A stretch of DNA of 64,000 nucleotides from Bacteroidales bacterium (GCA_016286775.1 JAEEUA010000001.1:105-64104), one strand, 5' to 3'. Counted from the first letter of the stretch, positions 45,889 to 54,921 are shown. Notes: a model not told the origin generated them from the sequence alone. Numbers and translations: made by a program.

Positions 45889-47776
45889 CTTTGTTGGGAA
45901 CCATCGGCTTGGCCTGATGGGGCTATTGCTGCTCTGGTTTGGTGCAGCAGAGGTTGCTGTTGCCAGCCAAACACGGCTGGATGCAGATAACAATACGGCC
46001 GGCCAAACGCGGCTGGCTGACGAGAGTTCGACTGGAGAAGACGTACGACAAGTGACGGAGATCCCCTTTAGGGTGACTGATTATATGATGTCGGGTAATT
46101 ATCGTTATCCGGATAAGGTGCCGTTCGTGCTGGATCGTTGGTGGAAAGGATTAAGTGTTTCGACCTATTGGTATCCGAAGCTCATAAACTTCCAGTATGA
46201 TTATAATGGATTCGAGACCAGTGGAATAGGGCTTGCCTTGACCAAGGATTTCAACAAGAGTAATGCTGTACGTCTGGGCCTTGCCTATAACCATGATCGA
46301 CTGGAGGGTATGGTCGATTATCAGTGGAACCTCTCGAACTACTGGGGTGGCTACAATCCTGGACGAAGGTTCGAGTGGCTGGCGACTGTAGGTCTGATGG
46401 GCGGAGTTGTCGATTATGAAGGCAGTTACCGTAACTTCTATGGGGGACAGATTGGCCTGCAGTTGCGACACACATTATCGCCATGGGTAAGCTTGTATGT
46501 TGAACCCCAGTACAAGGCAGCTTCGCCTCGTTACGACGGATATTGGGAACTTGGCAATATCGTGGATGATGGGCTGATGGTTCAGGTGGGCCTGATCACG
46601 AGGCTGACGAGTCCATTGCGCGAAGGCGGATATGGCACTGCGGTGGCCAATGGTGCGAAAACCTTTGGGCGAGGAATGGTTAAGACTGGCAACTGGATAG
46701 CAGATTTAGCCGGGAAGGTCTTCATGGGCCATGGCATGAAGGTGGACCGCAGAAATAGCCTGCACCGCTGGTATGTGGAACTGCTGGGCGGCACCCAGTT
46801 GCGCGATGGAGAGCATGAGGTCGGGAGTCTGAAGCCCTATCAGTTTGACTTCGAGATGAACCTGGGTATGCGTCTCAACAGCCTTATGGCAGTGCAGCTT
46901 GGAGCCTTTGGCGAGCGATTGGACTTGACGCAGCAATCGGACAATCCAGAGCAAGTCTATGGTTATCGTGCTGAGCTGACGTTTGACCCGCTTCGCTTCG
47001 TTTGGCATCGGTCGGAGGAGAAAGGTTGGGCCTGGACTATTGGTGGAGGTGTCGAAGGTGGACGTGTAGAGCTTTGGAACCATGTGGATGGTCTGAATCT
47101 CGAACGTTTCCTGGAACCCACCCTGCATACGCAGTTGCGCAGACGCCTGTTCGGGCAGACTTGGCTTGTGCTGCAGGGACGCTGGCAGCAGATTGATGTG
47201 GATGATGATCACCTGCAGTTGCTAGCCTTTGCGGGTTTGCATCATAACCTTGTTTCGAGGAAGTACCCCCATCGTCGTATGCCACAGTGGTGGAAGGGCT
47301 GGTGGCTGGCTGGAAGCTGGGGCGCCTGGGATATGCGAAATAGTCTGATGAATGTGTCACTAGGGTATGACTTCAATGATGTGCATGGTGTGCGTTTGAA
47401 CTATTCGTATTCGCACATCGATTCGCACAATGTGCTGTATTTCAAGCAGACCTATCTGAACCTGTTCGGATTGGACTATATGATGAATATCAGAAATGCG
47501 TTTGTCGGATATGATCCGCAAAGGAAGCTCAATGTATATCTGTTTGCAGGATATAATATGGCTGTTCATCAGGAACTTGGCGATGAGTCAATCTGGCATG
47601 CCCATACTTATATGGGTATGGAAGGAGGAGCCCAACTTGAGTTGAAACTCACGCAGTGGCTTTCGGCTTTTGCTGAGGAGAAGACAACATTCCTGTCGGG
47701 TGACCCCTTTGTGACCAATGACTTTACCCAGGGATTCGGTATGACGGGACTGGTAGGCTTGAAAGTGAGATTCTGA
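45875..47776 (+). CDS. Predicted large outer-membrane beta-barrel protein (cluster gene 7)
   Basis: It overlaps gene 6 by 14 nt. Signal peptide LGLMGLLLLWFGAAEVAVASQ. Alternating Gly/aromatic strands run throughout. The C-terminus GLVGLKVRF is a terminal-Phe OMP signature. Confidence 0.5.
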   Translation: MRRNSFVGNHRLGLMGLLLLWFGAAEVAVASQTRLDADNNTAGQTRLADESSTGEDVRQVTEIPFRVTDYMMSGNYRYPDKVPFVLDRWWKGLSVSTYWYPKLINFQYDYNGFETSGIGLALTKDFNKSNAVRLGLAYNHDRLEGMVDYQWNLSNYWGGYNPGRRFEWLATVGLMGGVVDYEGSYRNFYGGQIGLQLRHTLSPWVSLYVEPQYKAASPRYDGYWELGNIVDDGLMVQVGLITRLTSPLREGGYGTAVANGAKTFGRGMVKTGNWIADLAGKVFMGHGMKVDRRNSLHRWYVELLGGTQLRDGEHEVGSLKPYQFDFEMNLGMRLNSLMAVQLGAFGERLDLTQQSDNPEQVYGYRAELTFDPLRFVWHRSEEKGWAWTIGGGVEGGRVELWNHVDGLNLERFLEPTLHTQLRRRLFGQTWLVLQGRWQQIDVDDDHLQLLAFAGLHHNLVSRKYPHRRMPQWWKGWWLAGSWGAWDMRNSLMNVSLGYDFNDVHGVRLNYSYSHIDSHNVLYFKQTYLNLFGLDYMMNIRNAFVGYDPQRKLNVYLFAGYNMAVHQELGDESIWHAHTYMGMEGGAQLELKLTQWLSAFAEEKTTFLSGDPFVTNDFTQGFGMTGLVGLKVRF

Positions 47777-47778
47777 GG

Positions 47779-47829
47779 GTGACCAAACTTGGCTGCGGGA
47801 GGAAAGTCTTTGCGGCCAATTACGGCCGC
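47779..47829 (+). repeat. Two hairpin elements (one degenerate, one GCGGCC variant)
   Basis: GTGACCAAACTTGGCTGC at 47779-47796 and GCGGCCAATTACGGCCGC at 47812-47829, followed by GGCGAAGACGCT. Confidence 0.55.
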
Positions 47830-47876
47830 GGCGAAGACGCTTGCAGTCGGGAACCGGAGTGATGGGGGAGAGAAAG

Positions 47877-48992
47877 CTACCTCAGTTGGTAGAGGCCACC
47901 TGGGGTATTACGAATTTTATCGGACATTTCGAGATCGAGCAGCTCTTCGAGGAGGGCTGTTCGTTCTGTATCGGGGAGGATGTCGGCGAGCTGGGAGAGG
48001 CGCATGTCTCCACGGTCGCGAAGTATGTCGAGTATCTGGCGACCGAGGGGAGAGACATGGTCTTCTTCGAAATTGAGGGTTTGCTGGATGGCAGCCGGTT
48101 GGCTGGTAGATTGCCAATTCATGGCATAGAGGAAGTCTTGTGCGCAGGTAATCAGACCTGCCCGGTTGAGGCGGATGAGCCGATTGCAACCGTTGCTGCG
48201 GTCATCCGTTATTCGTCCTGGGAAGGCGAATACATCCCGACCATAGTCAAGGGCTATGGATGCTGTGACAAGCGAACCACCTTTCTCCTTGCTTTCGGCC
48301 ACGAGGACTGCATCAGCAAGACCCGCTATAATGCGATTGCGAGCCAGGAAGTTGCCACGTTCGAAGGGGGCACTGGTGACGTACTCGGTGAGGAGGCCGC
48401 CGCCCTGCTGAATCATTTGTTTGGCAATGGTACGGTGGTTGTAGGGATAGATGCGATCCAGGCCGTGAGCCACTACTCCGAGAGTTGGAATACCGTTTTC
48501 AAGAGCGGCTTTGTGGGACTCCACGTCGATGCCAAGCGCCAAACCACTGACGATGATTAGGTCGGGAAGAACTTCGTGCAGTTCTCGAATGAGGCGATGT
48601 ACCATATCGCGTCCATATTGAGTGCACTGGCGTGTGCCGACGATGCTGAGGATGTGCTGGGTTTCGAGGTTGATGTCACCAAGCTTGAAAAGTATGGTGG
48701 GAGCATCTGGACAACTCAAGAGACGCTTTGGATAACCATCCTGACCATAGACGAGGGGTTGAATATGATGTGCTTCGATAAAAGCGAGTTCGCGTTCGGC
48801 ATTGATCTGGTGTTGCGGGTTGTTACGGCCATCGATGACCATTTGTCCGACAGCGCCCGCCTGGAGAAGAAGGCTGGTGTCGGCATTGAGGACAGCTTCG
48901 GCGCTGCCGAATGCATCGATGAGATGACGGGCTCGGATGGAACCTACGCCACGGATGGCGTTCAGAATGAGGATGGGAAGAAGTGGGGACAT
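47877..48992 (-). CDS. dprA: DNA-processing protein DprA
   Basis: SKEKGGSLVTASIALDYGRDVFAFPGRITDDRSNGCNRLIR is the DprA Rossmann core. ATG 48992 (MSPLLPILILNAIRGVG) is chosen because the longer ORF runs into repeats. Confidence 0.85.
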   Translation of the reverse strand: MSPLLPILILNAIRGVGSIRARHLIDAFGSAEAVLNADTSLLLQAGAVGQMVIDGRNNPQHQINAERELAFIEAHHIQPLVYGQDGYPKRLLSCPDAPTILFKLGDINLETQHILSIVGTRQCTQYGRDMVHRLIRELHEVLPDLIIVSGLALGIDVESHKAALENGIPTLGVVAHGLDRIYPYNHRTIAKQMIQQGGGLLTEYVTSAPFERGNFLARNRIIAGLADAVLVAESKEKGGSLVTASIALDYGRDVFAFPGRITDDRSNGCNRLIRLNRAGLITCAQDFLYAMNWQSTSQPAAIQQTLNFEEDHVSPLGRQILDILRDRGDMRLSQLADILPDTERTALLEELLDLEMSDKIRNTPGGLYQLR

Positions 48993-49012
48993 GGGAGAGG
49001 GTGGGGAAGAAG

Positions 49013-49153
49013 GCGGCCAAAGATGGCCGCTGCTGAACGTTGCCGAATGAGGAAGAGCGGCCAAAGATGGCCGCTACAAAGACGCTGGAGAAGCCAAAGT
49101 TGGCAGGCGCGGGGCGTCACTGAATGGGGAAGAAGGCGACCAAAGATGGCCGC
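49013..49153 (+). repeat. Array of GCGGCCAAAGATGGCCGC-variant hairpins
   Basis: Copies at 49013-49030, 49057-49074, 49091-49107 (degenerate) and 49136-49153. Confidence 0.7.
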
Positions 49154-49253
49154 TACAATGAACGAGGAGCGGCGGAGAACGGCTATTGCCCAATTGCTAA
49201 GAGGGGTCAATCGAAGCCGATGGCATGAATTGGAGGAGGTGTGAGGACAGAGG

Positions 49254-49664
49254 TTAGGGGGTGGTGAGATAGGGGGCAAAGGTGGAGTAGATTTCGTCTC
49301 CACGGGTGAGTGTGCCGTTGACGACGCAGACGCAATCGACCTGTGCTTTGATACACTGGACACCATCGGATTTGCGGTAGATATCCTGTTCAAAAACATA
49401 ACGGACCCCTTTGCGATAGATGTTGAGGCAGGAAAGAAACTCCTGGCCGCCGCGAAGGGGTGCACGGTAGTTAATAGTGACACGGCTTACCATGACATCA
49501 ATGCCTTGGTTGTGAAGCTCCTCGAAGCTGATGCCAACGCTTTGGATGAACTCATGACGGGTAACCTCGAGGTAATGCTGGTAGTTGGCATTGTTGACAA
49601 CTCCCTGGATGTCGCATTCGTAGTCACGCGTCTTCAATTCGAGCTTGTAGGTATAATCTTTCAT
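49254..49664 (-). CDS. Acyl-CoA thioesterase, 4HBT/YbgC family
   Basis: YECDIQGVVNNANYQHYLEVTRHEFI is the hotdog-fold catalytic region. 136 aa from MKDYTYK. ATGA overlap with nhaC. Confidence 0.75.
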   Translation of the reverse strand: MKDYTYKLELKTRDYECDIQGVVNNANYQHYLEVTRHEFIQSVGISFEELHNQGIDVMVSRVTINYRAPLRGGQEFLSCLNIYRKGVRYVFEQDIYRKSDGVQCIKAQVDCVCVVNGTLTRGDEIYSTFAPYLTTP

Positions 49665-50941
49665 TTCTTGATTAAATAGCGGGGTTGAAAAATAATGGAG
49701 ATGAATATCATAACGCCCAGACCCATAGGATAGAATAGGTAGGGGACGACGAGTATCGGGTTGAGCGGGAGTCCACAAGTGGCTTCGACAAGACCAGCAG
49801 CAGCAAGCAACTGGGCTGAGTAGGGAATGAGACCTTGTGTGAAGCAACTTGCTGTGTCGAGCAAGGATGCAGAACGACGCAGGTCGAGGCGATACTGCGT
49901 GGCAATCCGACGGGCTATCGGACCTGTAGTAATGATGGACACCGTGTTGTTGGCTGTGCAGATGTCAACGAGACAGACGAGGCTGGTGATGGTCATTTCG
50001 GCACCTCGTCGGCCATGGATGCCTCGGGTGAGCTTGTCAATCAGGTAATCGATGCCACCCATGGTGCGTATCATTTCGAGCATACCGGCAGCCAGCATGG
50101 CCATGATGATGAGTTCGCCCATGCTGTTGATGCCCGTTCCGAGAGACCCCATCCATCCGAAAAAGTCGTAACTTCCGTCGATGATTCCTATCATGGCGGT
50201 GAGCAGGAGGCCTAAAAGAAGGACGAGCATCACATTGAGGCCCGCAACAGCGGTGAGAATGACAGCGAGATAGGGCAGGACTTTCCACCAGCTTACGTCG
50301 GGAATCTCCTGAGGCACAGAAATGTTCCGGCCTATGAAGAAATATACACCCACCATGATCAGGGCAAGAGGAAGAACGAGACGCAGGTTGACGCGGAACT
50401 TGTCGCCCATGCGGCATCCCTGCGTTTGTGTGGCAGCTATCGTGGTGTCGGATATGAACGAGAGATTGTCTCCAAAATAAGCACCGCCAACCACGATGGC
50501 GACCATCATTGGAAGTGCAATACCGCTCTCTTGTGCAATGCCGACAGCTACAGGGGTGAGGGCTACGATTGTGCCTACGCTGGTCCCAATAGCCAATGAA
50601 ATGAAGCAAGAGGCAAGGAAAATGCCAGGGAGGAGCAGGCTGGGGGGAAGGAGCTGAAGGGTTAGGTTGACCGTAGCATCAACGGCACCCATCGCCTTGG
50701 CTGATGCTGCAAAGGCGCCGGCCAGGATGTAGATCCACACCATGAGTAAAACGGTGGGACTGCCGGCACCTTGGGAATAACAGTTCACTCGCTCGTTGAT
50801 ACTGCCACGGCTGATAGCGATTGCATAGACCGAGCTGACAAGAAACGCTACGGTGACGGGAACTTTGTAGAAGTCGCCGGCTACAATGCTAACGCCTAAG
50901 TAGAGCACAAGAAAGAGGAACAGAGGGGATAGAGCTTTCAT
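49661..50941 (-). CDS. nhaC: Na+/H+ antiporter, NhaC family
   Basis: About 12 TM segments with family-like composition. ATG 50941 (MKALSPLFLFLVLYLGV) is chosen because the longer ORF extends into the repeat array. Confidence 0.75.
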   Translation of the reverse strand: MKALSPLFLFLVLYLGVSIVAGDFYKVPVTVAFLVSSVYAIAISRGSINERVNCYSQGAGSPTVLLMVWIYILAGAFAASAKAMGAVDATVNLTLQLLPPSLLLPGIFLASCFISLAIGTSVGTIVALTPVAVGIAQESGIALPMMVAIVVGGAYFGDNLSFISDTTIAATQTQGCRMGDKFRVNLRLVLPLALIMVGVYFFIGRNISVPQEIPDVSWWKVLPYLAVILTAVAGLNVMLVLLLGLLLTAMIGIIDGSYDFFGWMGSLGTGINSMGELIIMAMLAAGMLEMIRTMGGIDYLIDKLTRGIHGRRGAEMTITSLVCLVDICTANNTVSIITTGPIARRIATQYRLDLRRSASLLDTASCFTQGLIPYSAQLLAAAGLVEATCGLPLNPILVVPYLFYPMGLGVMIFISIIFQPRYLIKK

Positions 50942-50965
50942 AGAGATGGACGATGGGTTCGGGAT

Positions 50966-51181
50966 GCAGCCATGAACGGCTGCTGCGGGGACACGTGAGG
51001 GTGGCCAAGGATTGCGCTGGGCAGCCAAGCATGGCTGCGACAGATACGCTTGCGGGGTGGCCTAGGGGTACGCTGGGCAGCCAAGCATGGCTGAGACGGG
51101 GGCGCTTGCGGGGTGAGCCAGGGGTGCGCTGGGCAGTCAAATATGGCTGAGACGGGGACGCTTGCGGGGTGGAACTTGGGT
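50966..51181 (+). repeat. Hairpin-repeat array with a 56-bp period
   Basis: Hairpins start at 50966, 51021, 51077 (degenerate) and 51133 (degenerate). The units read GCTGGGCAGCCAAGCATGGCTG(C/A)GAC...ACGCTTGCGGGGTG... Confidence 0.75.
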
Positions 51182-51411
51182 GCAAATATATGTATTTTAT
51201 TTTAAAAGTGATAGGATATGGATTGATTTTTGAAAAATAACACAAAAAATCGTTTTATTTCTGGGCAATTGTCACATTTGAGATACTTTCGCGTGCCTAT
51301 AAGTATGGATAAATGACATTTTCATTTGACTAAAAAAGAAATAGAGAAATAAAATCAGTAATTTTTTAGTAAAAAAGTGTTGATTGATTTGGTAAATTCA
51401 TAATTTATAGA

Positions 51412-51419
51412 TAAATTTG
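51412..51419 (+). promoter_or_regulatory. Candidate -7 box (TAAATTTG) upstream of wza
   Basis: Matches TAnnTTTG, 31 nt upstream of ATG 51450, after an AT-rich region of about 200 bp. Confidence 0.35.
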
Positions 51420-51449
51420 CGGCGATTTTGGCAATTAGCAAATAATTAT

Positions 51450-52268
51450 ATGATTAAAAAGAACTTCTTTATTTTAGCCATTCTTGCAATAATCCTTGGC
51501 GTGACTTCGTGCAAGGCGCCAGAGGATATTGTTTATCTGCAAGATGTCGGCAACGATCAGCGACTTGAAGTTGCAGATCTTTCGATGATTCGCATCCGTC
51601 CAGGCGATCAGCTCTCAATTGTTGTTTCAAGCCGCAATCCGGAGCTTAGCGCTATTTTCAACCTCGCTGTACCTTATCGTTATGTCGGCGGAACAAGTTT
51701 TACTCCTAGTGGTACAAATAGTCAGACTGCCTATTTTACGGTTGCGAGTGATGGAACGATAGATTATCCCGTGTTTGGTGCGATCCAAGTGAGTGGTATG
51801 ACCCGTCAGGAATTGTCAAAGACTATCAAAGATAGGATTATTTACGAAGATTATATCAAGGATCCTATTGTAACGGTCGATTATGCGAACCTGACCATCA
51901 GCGTGCTTGGCGAAGTGACGAATCCTGGCAAGTACAGCATCAGCAAGGATCGTATTACGATTCTCGAAGCCATCAGTATGTCAAGGGACCTGACCATCAA
52001 CGGTAATCGTCAGGATGTTCTGGTACTGCGTGAGTACCCAGATGGTTCGACCCAGAGCTATCGAGTCGATTTGACTCAATCGGGTATCATGCAGAGTCCT
52101 GTCTATTATTTGCAGCAGAACGATGTGGTCTATGTTTCGCCAAACGATCAACGTCGTCGTCAGTCTCGAGCTACGGGTAACACCATCATGACACCAACAT
52201 TCTGGCTTTCAATCACCAGTACGTTGTGTACAGTTACAACCCTTATTTACACTTTAAGCAAGAAATAA
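51450..52268 (+). CDS. wza: Polysaccharide export outer-membrane lipoprotein (Wza/Poly_export + SLBB)
   Basis: Lipobox ILGVTSC. IRPGDQLSIVV and ISVLGEVTNPGKY are Poly_export/SLBB-type motifs. Confidence 0.8.
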   Translation: MIKKNFFILAILAIILGVTSCKAPEDIVYLQDVGNDQRLEVADLSMIRIRPGDQLSIVVSSRNPELSAIFNLAVPYRYVGGTSFTPSGTNSQTAYFTVASDGTIDYPVFGAIQVSGMTRQELSKTIKDRIIYEDYIKDPIVTVDYANLTISVLGEVTNPGKYSISKDRITILEAISMSRDLTINGNRQDVLVLREYPDGSTQSYRVDLTQSGIMQSPVYYLQQNDVVYVSPNDQRRRQSRATGNTIMTPTFWLSITSTLCTVTTLIYTLSKK

Positions 52269-54727
52269 TGGCTAATCAAATTCCTACCGTTCCTCAGCAG
52301 CCAGTTACACAACCTGCAGTTGCTCCCGTAGAGAACGAAGATTCGGAACTTTCTCTTACCGAACTTTGGTATCTTTGCATTGGACGTTGGCCATGGTTTG
52401 TCCTTAGTGTATTGTTGTGTATGGGAATTGCAACCTTGAAATTGTTGCGTACCCAAAAGACCTATACACAGCATACCGACGTCATGATCAAGTCGGATTC
52501 GCGTGACTATAGTGGCGGCACCATGGGCGACTTTGCTGATCTTGGACTTTTCCAGAGCAATAGTAATGTGAACAACGAGCTCATTGCCATGATGTCGCCT
52601 GCCTTGTCGTTGGAGGTGGTGAATGAGATGGAGCTCAACATCATGTACAGCGAACCTGGATTCTTCAAGGACAGAACCCTTTATGGCCAGACACTCCCAG
52701 TGAAGGTGATTTTCTGTGACGTTGAAAACGAAGGCTATGCACAATTCCGTATTGACCTTAAGGAAGATGGCAACTATGTGCTCAGTAAATTCGACGATGG
52801 TTTTCTCGATGATGAAGTGAAGAAGACAACCATTGAAGGTACGCTTTCCCAGGATACTATTCAGAGCCCAGTAGGACGACTGGTGGTGATGAATGGTATC
52901 GGTTATGGATCTTCGGTGGGCGACAGGATTATCGATGTCGTTCATATTCCCGCTTCGAATGCAGCTGGAGTAGTGCAAGGCAATCTCAGTGCACAAGTGA
53001 CTAACAAGCAGGCCACAGTCATCACCTTGTCCTATGTCGATGTGAACCGTTTCCGTGCAGCAGATGTCTTGAGTACCCTCATATCCTGCTATAACAGAAA
53101 TTGGGTGAATGACAAGAACCAGATAGCTACAAGTACATCGCAGTTCATCAATGAACGTCTGAAGGTCATTGAGGAAGAATTGGGTCATGTGGATACGGAC
53201 ATCTCTAAGTACCAGTCACAGAACCTTATCACTGATGTTAAGGCTGCCAACCAGATGTATATGGCCCAAGCTAATCAGGCTTCCCAGCATGCTGTACAAC
53301 TGAATAACCAGTTGTATATGGCCAGGTATCTGCGCGATTATATAAGCAGTGATGCCAACAAGTACCAGTTGCTTCCTGCTAACAGTGGCGTGGAGGATCG
53401 CACCATTGAAAGTCTGATTAGTTCCTATAATGCCAAACAGTTGCAGCGCAATAGTCTTGTAGCTAACTCGAGCGTCAAAAATCCAGTTGTGCTCGATCTT
53501 GACAAGGAACTGACTGAGATGCGCAACAACCTTCTTCGAAGCATCGACAATCAGATTACAGCGCTCAACACACAGATCAGATCTTCTCGTCAAACTGAGG
53601 CTCAGAGTAATGCCCAAATGGCATCGAATCCTACACGTCAGAAGTATCTGCTTTCTGTTGAACGTCAGCAGAAGGTGAAGGAGCAGCTTTACCTCTACCT
53701 GCTTGAGAAACGTGAGGAGAACGAGCTTTCACAGGCATTTACTGCTTATAATACGCGCGTGATTACTCCTCCTATGGGTAGCAAGAATCCAACTGGTCCA
53801 CGCAGCAAGATGATCTTGCTCATGGCTTTCCTGATTGGTCTTGCCTTGCCGCTTGCCTATATCTATCTGCGCGAAACCATGACTACTGTTGTTCGTGGAC
53901 GCAAGGATATCGATAACATGAAAACTCCGTTTATTGGAGAGTTGCCACAAGGAATTGCAGCAACGGGCAATAAGCGTGAGCGTATGGCGGCACGTCACCA
54001 GTTTGTTGTGAAGCCTGATTCGCGCAACCTTGAGAACGAAGCATTCCGCATCTTGCGTACGAATCTGGAGTTTGTTGCAGGTAAGGAGTCTGCAAACCCA
54101 GCAAAGACGATTCTTGTTACGTCGATGAATCCTGGTTCGGGTAAGACGTATGTCAGCACGAATCTGGGTGCCACCTATGCAATTGCTGGCCAGAAGACAT
54201 TGGTTATGGACCTTGATATTCGCAAGAGTTCTGCCAGCCGTTATATTGGTCGTCCTAAAGAAGGTATTACCAGCATCTTGAATGGTAGTGTCCAGGATTG
54301 GCATTCTTTGGTTGTTCGCGTTCAAGATCGTCCTAATCTTGACTTCTTGCCAACAGGACGTATCGCACCCAATCCAGCAGAATTGCTGCAGGGTGATGCC
54401 TTGAAGAATTTGATTGAGGAAGCTCGTAAGGAATATGATATCATCATCTTTGACTGTCCTCCTTTCAATCTTGTGGCCGATACTACTCTTATTGGCAAAT
54501 ATGCTGACCTTTCGCTCTTTGTGATTCGCTGTGGTGTATTCCAGCGTGCACTAAAGAAGAATGTGGATCAGCTTTATGCTGAGAACAAGTTCAATCGTTT
54601 GAACATCTTGCTTAATGGTTCCGAGGCTGCTACCAGCAAGTATGGTTATAACCGCTATGGCTATGGTTATGGCTATGGTTACGGCTATGGCTATGGTAGC
54701 TATTACGCTACGGATAAAAAGAGATAA
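52268..54727 (+). CDS. wzc: Polysaccharide co-polymerase / BY-kinase (Wzc/GumC-type) with a Tyr-Gly repeat tail
   Basis: The ATG overlaps the wza stop by 1 nt. Walker A is SMNPGSGKTYVSTNLG, A' is LVMDLDIRK and B is IIIFDCPP. The tail is KYGYNRYGYGYGYGYGYGYGSYYATDKKR. Confidence 0.85.
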   Translation: MANQIPTVPQQPVTQPAVAPVENEDSELSLTELWYLCIGRWPWFVLSVLLCMGIATLKLLRTQKTYTQHTDVMIKSDSRDYSGGTMGDFADLGLFQSNSNVNNELIAMMSPALSLEVVNEMELNIMYSEPGFFKDRTLYGQTLPVKVIFCDVENEGYAQFRIDLKEDGNYVLSKFDDGFLDDEVKKTTIEGTLSQDTIQSPVGRLVVMNGIGYGSSVGDRIIDVVHIPASNAAGVVQGNLSAQVTNKQATVITLSYVDVNRFRAADVLSTLISCYNRNWVNDKNQIATSTSQFINERLKVIEEELGHVDTDISKYQSQNLITDVKAANQMYMAQANQASQHAVQLNNQLYMARYLRDYISSDANKYQLLPANSGVEDRTIESLISSYNAKQLQRNSLVANSSVKNPVVLDLDKELTEMRNNLLRSIDNQITALNTQIRSSRQTEAQSNAQMASNPTRQKYLLSVERQQKVKEQLYLYLLEKREENELSQAFTAYNTRVITPPMGSKNPTGPRSKMILLMAFLIGLALPLAYIYLRETMTTVVRGRKDIDNMKTPFIGELPQGIAATGNKRERMAARHQFVVKPDSRNLENEAFRILRTNLEFVAGKESANPAKTILVTSMNPGSGKTYVSTNLGATYAIAGQKTLVMDLDIRKSSASRYIGRPKEGITSILNGSVQDWHSLVVRVQDRPNLDFLPTGRIAPNPAELLQGDALKNLIEEARKEYDIIIFDCPPFNLVADTTLIGKYADLSLFVIRCGVFQRALKKNVDQLYAENKFNRLNILLNGSEAATSKYGYNRYGYGYGYGYGYGYGSYYATDKKR

Positions 54728-54749
54728 GCAGATTTGATTCTATAAAAAA

Positions 54750-54780
54750 TCCCGTCGCTTTGTTGCGGCGGGATTTTTTT
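54750..54780 (+). terminator. Rho-independent terminator after wzc
   Basis: A 9-bp stem, TCCCGTCGC / GCGGCGGGA (one G-U pair), with a 6-nt loop, followed by T7. Confidence 0.7.
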
Positions 54781-54798
54781 GCAGCCAAACTTGGCTGC
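54781..54798 (+). repeat. Single hairpin element directly after the terminator T-tract
   Basis: GCAGCCAAACTTGGCTGC. Confidence 0.65.
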
Positions 54799-54809
54799 GG
54801 CATTAACCA

Positions 54810-54904
54810 GAGGGCAATCGTGGATGAAGAGGGCAATCATGGATGAAGAGGGCAATTCTGAAAGAAGAGAACAATCATGAAAGATGACGGCGACCATGAA
54901 TGGG
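54810..54904 (+). repeat. Five decaying tandem copies of a 19-bp unit
   Basis: GAGGGCAATCGTGGATGAA / GAGGGCAATCATGGATGAA / GAGGGCAATTCTGAAAGAA / GAGAACAATCATGAAAGAT / GACGGCGACCATGAATGGG. Confidence 0.6.
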
Positions 54905-54921
54905 ATAGGGTCGCTGGTTGG

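Noticed and set aside
40283-45904. Long antisense or off-frame ORFs within cluster genes 4-7 (e.g. 41116..42126-, 42123..42725-, 42883..43923-, 43957..44775-, 46706..47212-)
   Set aside because: They have no signal peptides or motifs, overlap one another, and sit opposite ORFs that form a coherent series of same-strand, signal-peptide-bearing and translationally coupled genes.
47841-49483. ORFs antisense or upstream of dprA (47841..48560+, 48576..49244+, 48962..49483-) and the 395-aa extended DprA start at 49064
   Set aside because: The plus-strand ORFs mirror the dprA coding region. The N-terminal extension and the 48962..49483 ORF are read through hairpin repeats. The internal ATG at 48992 gives a normal DprA N-terminus.
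49661-51245. Extended N-termini and extra ORFs at the nhaC 5' end (start 51028; ORFs 50889..51245-, 50953..51150+) and the 197-aa version of the thioesterase (start 49847)
   Set aside because: The extensions are translated repeat arrays or the 3' end of nhaC. The internal ATGs (50941 and 49664) give a hydrophobic NhaC N-terminus and a normal 136-aa hotdog-fold protein with an ATGA overlap.
52247-54325. Antisense ORFs in wzc (52247..53188-, 53216..53617-, 53729..54325-)
   Set aside because: They lie opposite a gene with complete Walker A/A'/B motifs and a Tyr tail, and they have no motifs of their own.
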